This document shows, piece by piece, positions 12,556 to 24,009 of a stretch of DNA of 64,000 nt (position 1 is the stretch's first letter; every line of letters starts with the position of its first letter). The translations under genes were made by a program, and so were the position numbers. Below the pieces are notes generated by a model, which searched no databases, had not been told where the DNA came from, and was given only the letters and a program-made list of their open reading frames with translations. Origin of the DNA: Mobula birostris (Eukaryota); contig NC_092382.1 in NCBI RefSeq assembly GCF_030028105.1, forward strand, positions 101,014,699-101,078,698, in the 5' to 3' direction.

Positions 12556-13180
12556 AATACTCCAGGCGCAGAAATACACGGCCGACGAAGTCGCCTCCAG
12601 TTTGTCGGACTTCAGGAAGAGCTCGATGCTCTGCGGTCTTTCCCCCGTAAAACCGTCGACCAATTCCTCTGGCTGGACGAACTTAGCTGCCGTCGAGTAA
12701 AACATGTTCTCCGGACCCTTTCCCGGGTGTTGTCGGTACCAGTACAACACGTTACCAGCAGTGGTACTGCCCTCTACTGTGCAACGCAGTGTCACCTTCT
12801 GGCCGGCAGTTCCCGAGAAAGCCCGAGTCTGGTGGATCGTCACCGAGCTCACGTCTGGAAATAAAAGACGGGGGAGGCAGAACGGGGTGAATGGACGCGG
12901 AGAGGCTGGTCAATTGGAAAAGGGGAGGAAGAGGGTGCACTGACGGAAGCAAAGTGGAGGATTGCAGTCGGGAAAAGCTCGAGAGGAGATTGGAATTTAC
13001 AGGCTGCGGCAGAGGGCAGAGCGTGTGCGGACGCGACGGCTCGTTAGAAAATAAGTAATGAGTCCAAGACGACAAGTGACGGAAACGTGAACGCCAGGCA
13101 TATGCAGAGAGAGATTAAAATCTATTTGTCGACTTTCACTCACAGTGGAAGGCGAGAATGAAGTTCAGAAATAGAAACAT
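12556..13180 (-). CDS. TRBV: TCR beta-like V segment V3 ('CAWS' family), intact. Leader 13144..13180, V exon 12556..12854
   Basis: Leader MFLFLNFILAFH with GTGAGT donor; exon VSSVTIHQTRAFSGTAGQKVTLRCTVEG...LYWYRQHPGKGP...SAVYFCAWS. The TIHQ/CTVEG/LYWYRQ/CAWS pattern resembles mammalian TRBV30. Confidence 0.9.
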
Positions 13181-13949
13181 CCTTCCTGGAGGGTTTAGTC
13201 TCTTCGTCATTAAAGTGGTGTGTGCAGCAGACAAATAATCCATTCACTCAACCCGGATGGTTACGTACATCAGTGACGTAGGTGGATTTGCGGAATTATT
13301 GATTGGCCACGCCCCTTATCTGCTCCAACATGATTTGAGGGGTGTGGTTCTTCATTCTACCAAGTTGTCTAGACAACTCTCTCCCTCTCTGGCCCTCTCC
13401 TCGTCCCTCCCTATCTTTGTCTTCGTCTCCCCCGGTTATCTCAATGTGCCCGATTTACTTAAGCTCCCAAGTCATTGTAATTTCGGAAATCTAACAACAG
13501 GTATAAGAAGACGGTCCAGACTTCACTTCCCTCTCGCTGAAGCGAAGAATCTCCTAATGAGTGCTATTTGATGAACCCTTATGAAACACTTTCTGTCCTG
13601 CACAGAACAGTCTTTGGCTTTCAATCTCTCTCATTCTCGCCCTGTCTGAACCTAGATCTCTGGCCCTTAGCAATAGTTCCCACCTAGCCGACGGGGAAAT
13701 TTACCTTTACAGAAAAAAATGTTTCCCTTTAAATGCCCTCGAAATATCTAGCATGGACTGTAACTCAGTGCTTGTCCGCCCCCTAGTGGTAGCAGCCTGT
13801 GCCTTCAGACATAGCTCGATTGCATTGAGGTAGATTTCATATTCACGGTGTCTGTCCTACTCTTGTTATCCTATGCCTCCCCGTCTCTTAACAATCCCCA
13901 TTATCTGTCACTCTCCTATCTTCGTGTACCGAAGCCCCTCTGTACCTCG

Positions 13950-14255
13950 GGGGAGTCCAGAACCAGAGGGCACAGTTTAAGAATAAAGGGAGACAGTTTA
14001 GAAAGGAACAATTTTCGCACAGAGGGTTGTGGATATGTGGAATGCTCTGCCTTAGAAGGCAGTGGAGGTCAATTCTCTGAATTCTTTCATAAAGAGTTAG
14101 ACAGAGCTTTTAAAGATAGCAGAGTGAAGGGATATGGGGAGAAGGCAGGAAAAAGGTACTGATTGTGGATGATCAGGCATGATCACAGTTAATGGTGGTG
14201 TTGGCTCGAAAGGCCGAATGACCGACTCCTGCACTTATTGTCTATTGTCTATTGA
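13950..14255 (+). mobile_element. CR1 LINE 3' end fragment
   Basis: 'SRTRGHSLRIKG' motif, CR1-type 3' UTR and (TATTGTC)n tail. Confidence 0.8.
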
Positions 14256-14939
14256 CCCTCCCCACCGTTCACGGTATGTGCCCTACCCTCGTACACCGAA
14301 CTTCCTCTATCCCTGAACCTTACCCAGCATTTACGGTGTGCTTGTCAAACCCTTATGCCCCTTGCTTCCTCTGTTCCTGAACCGTCCGGTACTCCCCGAT
14401 TTTGTGTTTCCACTGTGACGCCAAACCAAGTTATCGGACGATTGATGCTAATGAGAGAGATAAGAGAGACAATGGAGAAACGTTCAAAATGTTAATGAGA
14501 GAGGAGAGAGAGATTAAAATTCCTTTCATGCCCGAGGTTAGAGGAGAACGGTCAGACTCTATCAAGCTGACAGGAGGGGGACAGTAATTAAAAAAAAAAT
14601 TGTATTGCAACTGCTGTGTGCAAAAAAAATCTCTGAATGCACAATATGTTGAAACTTGAAGCGGATGGGCGACAGCAGAAGAGAACCACGAACATACACT
14701 GAGTGCCACCTTGTTATGTAGAGAGGATCCATCAATTGGATGTTTTTCTCATTAGTCACATATGTACACAGTACATAGATGTATGTGCGGGATGTTAGCA
14801 TTTGTGCAGATGCATCCGTGGAGGAAATTTTACAGATGCACCGGTATAACATTTGCGCGTTGCTGTGTGCCGTTCGAGTAGGACAATGTGCAGCGAAACG
14901 CAGAGTAACTGCTGCCCCCGCGTGGCTAAAATCCCGTTC

Positions 14940-15430
14940 TGCAGCTCTTGGTGGAAAGGTGGAAGGTTTTTCTGTGGTAGGAGACTCGCGTTCTGGCGCT
15001 CTGGATGGCGTGTGGAAAAGTGCAGCTTTGGGAGTTTTAGACCGAGACCCTTCATCAGGACTGAGAGTGAAAAGTGGATGGGGAGGCGGGGGCGATGCCT
15101 GAATTAAAAGTTGCGGGATGGGTGAAAGGCCGGCTGGAAGGTGATACGTCAAGAGAGGCGGAAGGGGCAGGACAAGGGCTGGAGTGGGAAGAAAATGATA
15201 GGAGAAGGAGACGGAAAACAGGGGAAGGGGAAGGAGAAGAGGGCCAAGCGGAAACTAATAGTCTGGCAGGAAGAAGTAAAATGTAACAGTAAGACACACC
15301 ATCAGGTTGGAGGGTGCCGAGATGAAATATAAGAGGTTGTTCCTCTACCTTGAGGGTGGCCTCCTCTTCACACGAGGGGTCGTCATGGACCGTCATGTCG
15401 GAAGGTGAATGGGAATCGGAATTACAATAC
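14940..15430 (-). mobile_element. Penelope-like element 3' fragment (duplicate of 2880..3370)
   Basis: ORF 15055..15438: AKYCNSDSHSPSDMTVHDDPSCEEEATLKVEEQPLIFHLGTLQPDG (GIY-YIG C-terminus-like); tail CTGATGAAGGGTCTCGGTCT. Confidence 0.72.
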
Positions 15431-17256
15431 TTGGCCACAGTGAATTCCCTGTGCAGTTATGCGCTGAAAAGCTTGCTCGCAGAGATCAATTCATAACATT
15501 TTGAATTGGGATAGAGAATGGTAAATTAATAAATTCGATTAGACTTGCTGCATCTGTGGAGTTACAGTGAAAAGCTGCTCTTGCATACAGATCATTTCAT
15601 TGGTTATCTCAATAATCGACCAGGTATTCTCCAAAGTCAGAAAGAAGGCACACACGTACCTAAATATCACAGGCCATCCTTAGGAAAACCCAACGAGATA
15701 TCTTCCATTGCACCAATGAATAGCACGTGAAAAACGCCACAGCAACTAACCGTGCTGTGGGTCAAATTAGACAAATTTAAACCAGAATGAAAAATTACAC
15801 CGGGATATCGGACAGCTTACTCGAATTTGATCAGCGCTTATGATACGCACGTCAACCCGCTTTACGGTACCGCCAACAAACATACAAAATGCCCTCTTCC
15901 AAGTTTAATCCCGTCCGCTGGAGAGTACGTATCATTTCAATGACTAAACACAAAGGGGATTGGGACGGCCGTCCACATTGGTGGTCTGATCTTGAAGTTT
16001 AGGGACATGAGTTCGGAAGGAGGATTCGAATTTCCGACCCTCCATCAAGTTAAACCTCGGCCAATGTCGCACTACGTAACTCCAACAAGAACACTCGTCT
16101 TCTCCATCTTTCTATGATGTTTTGACTTACTTGGCATCAACGTCAGAATAAGTAGCAAGCAATGTGTCCCACATACTATCATCTGCCCGAGAGAGACACC
16201 AGCAGCTTTGGCATCAAGTGTAGCAGAATGCCAGTATTCAGGAGAAGCACTTTGCGTTGTCTGTTTGGATTACTGGTGTGTTACTGGCCCGTTGACGGCT
16301 GCGTCACATCCTGCGCATAACAGCCCGAGCATCATTACCAATCAAAAGCCGAAGGAAGAGCAAAGTTGGAAGTACAGTTGGTGTTGAACGACAGTTTCAG
16401 TATTTGTTGAGCAAACATACGGAGGAAAGACAGTTGCTTTGATTGGGTTATTAATCAGAGGTTCAGGAACTACCACCAGTGAGGACACAATTATGAGTTT
16501 CCAGTTGTGTATTATTTCCTGCTATGTCTCTCTCACTCTCTCTGTCTCTGTCTCCCCCTCTCTATCTATATACCTATCTATCAACCTATCTATTAGTACA
16601 TCTATATAATCTATCTATCTATCCATCCATCTGTGTATGTCTGCATGCATCTATATATCGGTCGATCTCTCTACCAATCTATTATTTAACTAATTCTACT
16701 TTCTGTTTATCGGTTGAAATCTCACTGGTATCTGTTCTGGGGAAGGTGCGTCCTGTACAACAGGGACGGGCTGCACCTGAGCGCGAGGGTGAAAAAATTC
16801 CCTTCCTGCCAGTTTTGTTAAAGGTGTTCAGAAGGGTTTCACCTAATTATTAATCTACCAATAAGTCATTTATACAAACACAACATAGATTTGTTATTAT
16901 CGCCAGAAGCCAAAATGAACATTGCTTTCAACGCCATCCCTGCAAATAATTAAAGCACTTCAGTTGTACATGTTGCTGTGGCTCAAAGGGGCTTGCGAAA
17001 TCCCTTTAACTTCGTAGGATATTCGACGCGGTCACTGTTTTTCTTTTGTGTGAAGTGTTTCTGAATTACTTCAGGCATCCTTGCCCTTTTCACTGATCTG
17101 ATTTCCTGATATTACATATTGGGTTGTGCGGATGGGAAGAATCAAAATGCAATTGCAGTGTTATGCCGGACGCGACCCGGACAGTGAAGCTCAATGTGCA
17201 GCGACCCCTACTGGTGGGAAATAGCGGGTTCTGAGCCTTCAGCGATTGTGCAGAAC

Positions 17257-17295
17257 AGTTTTTGTCAGAGGCGGCTCGGCTTCTCAACCTCTGTG
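17257..17295 (-). promoter_or_regulatory. 23-RSS of V4
   Basis: CACAGAG + 23 nt + ACAAAAACT. Confidence 0.9.
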
Positions 17296-17754
17296 CGCTA
17301 CTACAGGCGCAGAAATAGACGGCCGAGTGAGAGTGCGATGCGTTCTTTAGTTCCAGTTGAAAGAAAGTACTGCTGGGTCTTGTTGCCGCGTAGGATTCCG
17401 ACGTGTAACTGTTGACTATATCTTTCCCAACAGAATAGAAAAGAGCTTCGATTGCCATGTCCAGTCGCTGTCTATACCAATACATTTTATCATAGTAGGA
17501 ATTCAGCAGCGTGCATTGGACAGTGGCTGACTCTCCAAATCCAACTGACAGGGAAGGAGGCGACTGCCTCACGTACGCGGCCAGAACCCCTGCAAGGAAG
17601 AAATTCCATTAGAGCCATTAGAGCCTAATTTCTCTCAACAAATTTTCGCCCGGTCTGTGATCCTGAGTTACCTTCCCCAGAAGCATTGTTATTCTGACTT
17701 ACGCGGGATCAATGCCGCGATCAGCGGAAGACAATGTGTTCCTCGCACCATCAT
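17296..17754 (-). CDS. TRBV: TCR beta-like V segment V4 ('CACS' family, recent duplicate of V1), intact. Leader 17703..17754, V exon 17296..17589
   Basis: Leader MMVRGTHCLPLIAALIP with GTAAGT donor; exon AYVRQSPPSLSVGFGESATVQCTLLNSYYDKMYWYRQ...HSAVYFCACS. Confidence 0.88.
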
Positions 17755-18601
17755 TCACGGAGTAGACACTGGCTGGCTTTGGGGTGGAATGCCGTTCAAG
17801 ACCAGCTTTCAGTAAAAATGTACTGCGCTGCTGAAAAAAAAATGCTTGTATCGATTGGCCCAATGACGTCTTCAACTTCCTGTGTAATAGATGACGTCTT
17901 CCTTCTGACGTCATTCGGAAGCTGAAAGAGAGTGGAGGTTGCAGTTTCCGCAGTGTTGTGTTTATGAGGAAGCATAACTCCAGGTCTGTAGACACGGAGA
18001 GACGCACAGACAGACGCACACACACAACACACATCACATACAGACACGCACCATGCAGAGACACACAACACACGTCCGTAACACACAGAGGTCGATCGAT
18101 CGATCTGTCTATCTATTTATCTGTCTATCTGTCTGTCTATCTATCTACCTATCTTCCCGAGTTAATCGAAAAGCATCTGATCCTGAAAGCGCGTGGATGT
18201 GACAGGGAATACATAGCTGTACACCAACACGTTAATGCAAACATCTGATCAGCCAATCAAGTTGCAGTAATCTATTCAATTTGCATCAGTCAATGCATAA
18301 CAGCATGCAGAGAATGTCAAGATGTTGTATGGCTGTTCAGCCCAAACATCAGAATGGGGAAGGAATGTGATCTAAGTGACTTTAACCGTAGAATGATAAT
18401 TGGTCCCAGTCCGGGAGTGGTTGCGGATCTCAGAAACAACGGAGATCCAGGGATATTAACACACAACGTCCTCTACTGTTCACAGAGAATGGTGCGAAAA
18501 AATTAACTTATTGCCCAAGGTTAAAGGAAAACGGCCAGACTCTCTCAAGCTCTCAGGAAGGCAATCGTAATTCTACTGCTGCCACGTTCAGGACTGACGA
18601 A

Positions 18602-18636
18602 GTCCTGACGAAGGGTCTCGGCCTGAAACGTCTACT
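18602..18636 (+). ncRNA. Minimal type I hammerhead ribozyme motif in a Penelope-like tail
   Basis: CTGACGA (18605..18611) + extra A + stem II GGGT-ctcg-GCCT + GAAAC-GTC (18625..18632); stem I only partly paired in this copy. Confidence 0.55.
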
Positions 18637-18785
18637 GCACCTCTTCCTAGAGATGCTTCCTGGCCTGTTGCGTACACCAGCAACTTTGATGTGTGTTCTT
18701 GACAGAAAGGAGCAGCCGAACACGGACTAGTGCTGCCACCTACTGGTACAACATGGCCACTGAGCCTCCCTGCGATAGGCTGGAA

Positions 18786-18824
18786 GGTTTTTGTAGTGGG
18801 AGACTCGTTATCTCAATTTCTGTG
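18786..18824 (-). promoter_or_regulatory. 23-RSS of V5
   Basis: CACAGAA + 23 nt + ACAAAAACC (consensus nonamer). Confidence 0.9.
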
Positions 18825-19739
18825 CGCTACTACAAGCGCAGTAGTAGACGGCGGAGTGGGAGGCCGATGCCCCTCCCAGTTCCAGTTGAAACAGAGTGTT
18901 GCTCGGTCTTGGCGCCGTGTAGGAATCGGATGTGTAGTTTGTCACCGAACCTTGCCCAGCAGAATAGAAGAGGCAATCTATTGCCCGGTCCGATCGCTGT
19001 CTGTACCAATACATGATTTGATAGCCCGTATTCAGCAGCGTACACGACACGCTGGCAGACTCTCCCTGTCCGATTGAAGGAGCAGAAGGCGACTGCTCCA
19101 CGTACGCGGCCACAATCCCTGTTAAACAAAATTCGACAAGACTCTAATCTCTCAGTTGTTAATCAGAGCGCGCGGAGGCTAGACAGAAGAAATGGACGGA
19201 TTCTTTTGCGAAGACCCAGGGTCTTATTCAATAAACTCGAAGATTCACAATACTATCCGACGTGCAGTAGGCACGATATACCGCCCGATTCACACCTACT
19301 CTTCTTCAGTTTAAACAAGTTGCATTGAACCACAGTGGAGAACTGTGATGATTTAATACGGTGTGGCATACTCGCACTTGATCCGCGTCCAGGGCCCCAC
19401 ATACCCCCTCAGAGAAATAGCCGATATCCTTTTCGAAGTTTCATAGCGTAACAGAAGGGGACGTGTTATACCCCAGTCCATAGTGGGTCGCTCTGACAAG
19501 CGCGTTAACGATTTATCAGAGGGAGGAATATTTGTAATCAGGCACATGGCTGAATGTTGGGCATCAAATATTTTAATTATAACCCGGTAATCACCCAGGC
19601 CTAACTAGGTCCGATACTCAATGACGTAGAATCAAAAGATACATTCCGCATCGTCCTTTCCCAGGACCTGTGCTTTTGACTTACCCGGGATCACCACGGC
19701 AATCAGCGGGAGGCAAAGTGCCCGCCGCTGTCTCATCAT
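18825..19739 (-). CDS. TRBV: TCR beta-like V segment V5 ('CACS' family), intact. Leader 19685..19739, V exon 18825..19118
   Basis: Leader MMRQRRALCLPLIAVVIP with GTAAGT donor; exon AYVEQSPSAPSIGQGESASVSCTLLNTGYQIMYWYRQRSDRAIDCLFYS...HSAVYYCACS. Confidence 0.88.
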
Positions 19740-19833
19740 TTAAGGGACGCGGACACTTCCTTTGTGTTGAGTCGAATGCAGATCAGTGTCAGATCTGTCT
19801 GATGGTCTGATATAAAGGACAATTCTGCGGCAA

Positions 19834-19848
19834 TGACGTCACTTCCGC
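19834..19848 (-). promoter_or_regulatory. V5 promoter: overlapping ETS-CRE motif GCGGAAGTGACGTCA
   Basis: Plus strand TGACGTCACTTCCGC, 95 bp upstream of the leader ATG. Confidence 0.75.
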
Positions 19849-21619
19849 TGCAGTGTCCCTCCTTTGGACGGTTGAAATTGTGGCGAAGCTGACGTCTAGG
19901 CCCAAGATGAGTTCATGCAACACAGATACGTTAGAATGTTTCGAAGCTGGGAGGAACATATCTCTGGGAAGCAGTTTTACATCAATTGGCATGCTACTCT
20001 CGTTAACGTAAATATCATCTCATCCAACCAACTGTCAGCAACTCAATGCTTCAAACGTACAGGATTTGCCTGAGTTTCAGTTGTTTTTTTCAAACCAAGT
20101 TTCTGAATGGGGGCGGGGGGGGTGGGTGGAATGTGACCCGGCTGACGTTGACAGTGCAATGAGTTTTAGTGACAGATATCGTGGTTTGTGCATCTCAGGA
20201 ATTGCTGTTCTCCCGGGGTTTTCTCGCACGACAGTCTCTAGATTCCGCATTCTTCAGCTTACGGAACATTGTGGTTACTTAGAGAGTTCAGAGGAAAATG
20301 GCCGGACTAATCTATCGTTCGGTTGCGTGAGCGAGCGCTTTCCCGTGCCCCAGAAAACTCCAGCAGAGAAGCTCGGAGACGGGACGGCAGGCTGTGACCG
20401 CCGAGGTTTCTCGCCGATTGAAGACTCGAGGAGGATTGAAACATGGAGGCAAATGTAGATGAGAGCGAGCGGTTCTCGGTGAGGCCGTTAGGTTCGGTTT
20501 GTTGCTTTCGGACGGGTTCGAGCATTTAAGTCCCATCCCCTGGAGGGGCCGCTGGTTCGAAATGCCGCTCTCTGGTCCCGATGCGCTCGGAGGTGACCTG
20601 GCCATTCAGAGATTCTGGACCGGACTGCATTTTAATCGACCTGCAGTTAACTTCGGCCTCTTTCAGTGATTTTTTTCGTTCTGTTCTCGCTCATTCTTTC
20701 GTGTTGCCAATTGGCGCGCTGGCGGTTTGGGGTTTGCTTTTCACACTGTTTTTCCCTGTTGGCGTTCTGTTAGTTTTTTTTGTCTGGGAGTTGTTGTGGG
20801 GGTTTAATTTGCGCGGTTTTGTTTCTTTTGTTATCGTCCGGGGGATGAAACAGATGGCTTTCTTCCAAATTCTTCAATGCTTTTCGGTATTTTATGTCTA
20901 TCTGGAGAAGGGAAATTTCAGAATTGTATTCCGCATGCAGACTTCGATAACAAAATGAACGCTTGGTGTGTGGGTGACGAAAAGGAACGCCCGATCAAAT
21001 TTAATCGCGGGGTCCTAGTTTTGATAATATTAGTTCCCTCGGTAACACTCAATTGTTACACCTGATCGTCTGTTGGAAATCTTATGAAGTTTTATGGTCG
21101 CGACATTGGAGCCTGTCTTTCCTCCGCACCTGGGTAATGTCTTTGCCAGCGCGCATCATGACGTTTCGTGTCGGTGAAGCTACTCGCAGATGTTGTTGGA
21201 AACGAACTGAAGACTGAGACGCAACAACGGAAATGAACGGTGACGCATTCGGAGCGCTTATCTCAACAGAATATAGAGCAATGTCTTGAAAGGTACTCTG
21301 GATATTTGCGAAAAGGTAGGACACGACAAGAGAGGCTTAGTGGGGAGACGGGGATTGTAGGGCGGAGAGAGGGAGAGAACAGGGGAGAATCCGCGTGAGA
21401 ATTGGTATGGAGTGGGACTAACGGCACAGGCGGAGGACATTCAAATTATCTGATCCCAAATCAGGCAGACGGATATATCACACCGAGCATGAAGGGAACG
21501 CCAGCACTCGATCAGTTGTCCGTACCCCCGGTCGAGATGGAAACTCAGCAACGATTCTCAATCATCTGCTGCCGGAAAGTGTTATACAGTGGTAATAGTC
21601 CTCCCGACGTGAGGGCGAG

Positions 21620-22059
21620 AGGTTTTTATTGTCGGAGGCGCAGAATCAGATGGCGGAGCGAGCGTGCAAGGCGGTTTGAACGACGTGACACTGGTTCTCG
21701 TTGCCGTGTAGAACCGAGACGTGTAACTGTTAACTATGTCTGTCCCAGCGGAATCGCTTTTAGTGCCTGGTCGGGTTGTTGTCTGCACCAATATGTGCGA
21801 GGATAGCCCGTATTGCACAGCGCACATTGGACGATGCTTAACTCGCCCGACCGAACTGACAGGGAAGGGGACAACTTATACACGGTATGCGGCCAGAGTC
21901 TTTACCAGACAGTTAAAAAAAACTCTCTGAGTCTTTTTTTTTTGTCTCAGGAACTCATAGCTCGTTCTACGAATGTCAGATATTTCCCCCGAACATCTGT
22001 TTTCCTGACTTACGTGGATTCAAGGAGACGATCAGCGCAGGACAATGCGTTCCACTCAT
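21620..22059 (-). pseudogene. TRBV: Degenerate 'CACS'-family V pseudogene V6 (frameshifts, deletions, heptamer lost). Leader 22014..22059
   Basis: Leader MSGTHCPALIVSLNP with GTAAGT donor; broken frames PSLSVRSGELSIVQCALCNTGYPRTYWCRQQPDQAL / SAGTDIVNSYTSRFYTATR; the 3' end runs from TTCTGCGCC into a nonamer-like ATAAAAACC with no heptamer. Confidence 0.8.
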
Positions 22060-22822
22060 CAATCTTTCACAGGGTGGAAGCTGACGGGCTACGGGTTGGA
22101 GTGTTGCTCATGGCGTGCTTTCAGATGAAATACACTGCGCTGGCGAATTATTGTCTGCAACCGATAGGCCGGATGACGTCTTTAGCCTCCGGTGCAGTTG
22201 TAAGCGGTACACATTTCTTCAGCTGTCATTCAAAAGCCGAAAAGAGAGAGTGAACGCAGCATTTTAGTCAGAGCCGTTTCAGCGGGGAAACTCACACACA
22301 CACACGCGCCGAAAGATCACACACTGCGGATTGATGTGTAATAAGGCACATCTACAAACTTTAAAACCGACGGAGAAAATGCAGCGCAGGTGAGCACGAC
22401 CTTAATGAGGTAGATGGTGACGTCAGGAGTACACGTCACTGCACCATCCTCTCGTGCAAGTAGCCCGTTCGAGAGTCCTGTTACAGCGGGTGAAAAGCTG
22501 TTCGAGTGGTGGATGGGATCTTTGGTTATTCTCGTTGCTTTACTGAGCTATCGCGATGGATAGGCGCGAAGCAGGTATCCACGATGTGCTGAGACAGGTG
22601 CACGTCTCTCTGCGGTTTTTTATTGCCTTCGATTGAAGTGCATTTTCCATACGCAGCAGTTATACATCACAATACAATTCTCGTCATTGTGATATCTGAG
22701 ACATTTTAAAAGAGCCAGCTGAAGGTTGCTGGTTCGTGACCAAAAGGGACAGTCAAACACAATCCCGTGCTGCCATCTAGTGGTGCAACAGGACCACGAA
22801 ACTTCCCTGCGTCTGGTGGGAA

Positions 22823-22861
22823 GTTTTTTGTAGTGGGAGACTCGTTATGTCAAGTTCTGTG
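22823..22861 (-). promoter_or_regulatory. 23-RSS of V7
   Basis: CACAGAA + 23 nt + ACAAAAAAC. Confidence 0.85.
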
Positions 22862-23750
22862 CGCTACCAGAAGCGCAGTAGTAGACGGCAGAGTGGGAGA
22901 ACGATGCCTTTCTCAGCTCCAGTTTAAACAGAGTGCTGCTGGGTCTTATCGCCGTGTAGGAATCGGATGTGTAGTTCGTAACCGAACCTTGCCCAAAAGA
23001 AGCGAAAAGACCATCTATTGCTTGGTCGGATCACTGCCTGTACCAATACGTGCGAGTATGTTCCGTTCCCAACAGCGTACATGAGACGCTAGCCGTCTCA
23101 CGCTCTCCGACTGACAAGGAGGAAGGCGACTGCTCGACGAACGCGCCCAGAATCCCTGTAAAACAGAAAATCGATTACTCTCCAGTGCCACTCAATCGTT
23201 GATCAGCGCGCGTGTAATTGAAACAGAAGGAAGGGGCTGTCCACTCTCAGGTTAACCCGAAGGTTCACACTATTCTGCAACGTGCAATAGGCGCAATGCA
23301 CCATCCTGACACACACGTACACTAAGCCAGACAAAATAAGATTCCTCGAACCGCAGTGAGGAAGCGGTGTTAGATGTCGTCCAGCACAATTTCATTTAGT
23401 CCGTCTTCAATTTTGGCGCAAAGCCCCACGCACCCCCGGAGTAATAACGAAATCCTCTTCCAGGCTTAGCGAAACTGAATGAGACATTCAATTTCAACTG
23501 GGTCAGTTCGACCAGCGCGGCAAAGATTTACCAGTGGGAAGATGCTTTCTCATTCGGCTCATGAGTATCAAGGTAGGCATCAAATCTTCGGCCTCATGTG
23601 GAGAAAATCTGCCAAGCCGAAACACGTCCCATGTTGAACAATTTCGTTCCACACAGGACATTCAACACCCCTTTCTCCTTGGATCTGTGATTTTTACTTA
23701 CGTGGGATCATCGCCACGATCAGCGGGAGGCAAATCGTCCTCCGCACCAT
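22862..23750 (-). pseudogene. TRBV: V7: 'CACS'-family V pseudogene with in-frame TGA after WYRQ. Leader 23702..23750, V exon 22862..23155
   Basis: GILGAFVEQSPSSLSVGERETASVSCTLLGTEHTRTYWYRQ*SDQAIDGLF...HSAVYYCASGS; stop at 23031..23033; leader MVRRTICLPLIVAMIP. Confidence 0.87.
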
Positions 23751-24009
23751 CACCTACAGGATGAGGAAACTTCCTCTTGTGAATCAGGTGAAGCTCAGAA
23801 CCAGCTCTCAGGGAAGTCCAGCTGTCTGGTCTAATAAAGGAACCAGATTCCCTTTGTCTTTGTGGTGATAACGTCACTTCCGCCGTGTTAAATGCCTTCG
23901 GGCTTTTTTCATTTTCGTGGAGCCGACGACGAGGCCCGACATGAGTTCATGCAATGCAGATACTTTGGGACGATTTGAAACTGGGACGCTCGGTTTGCTA
24001 AGAGTAAAC

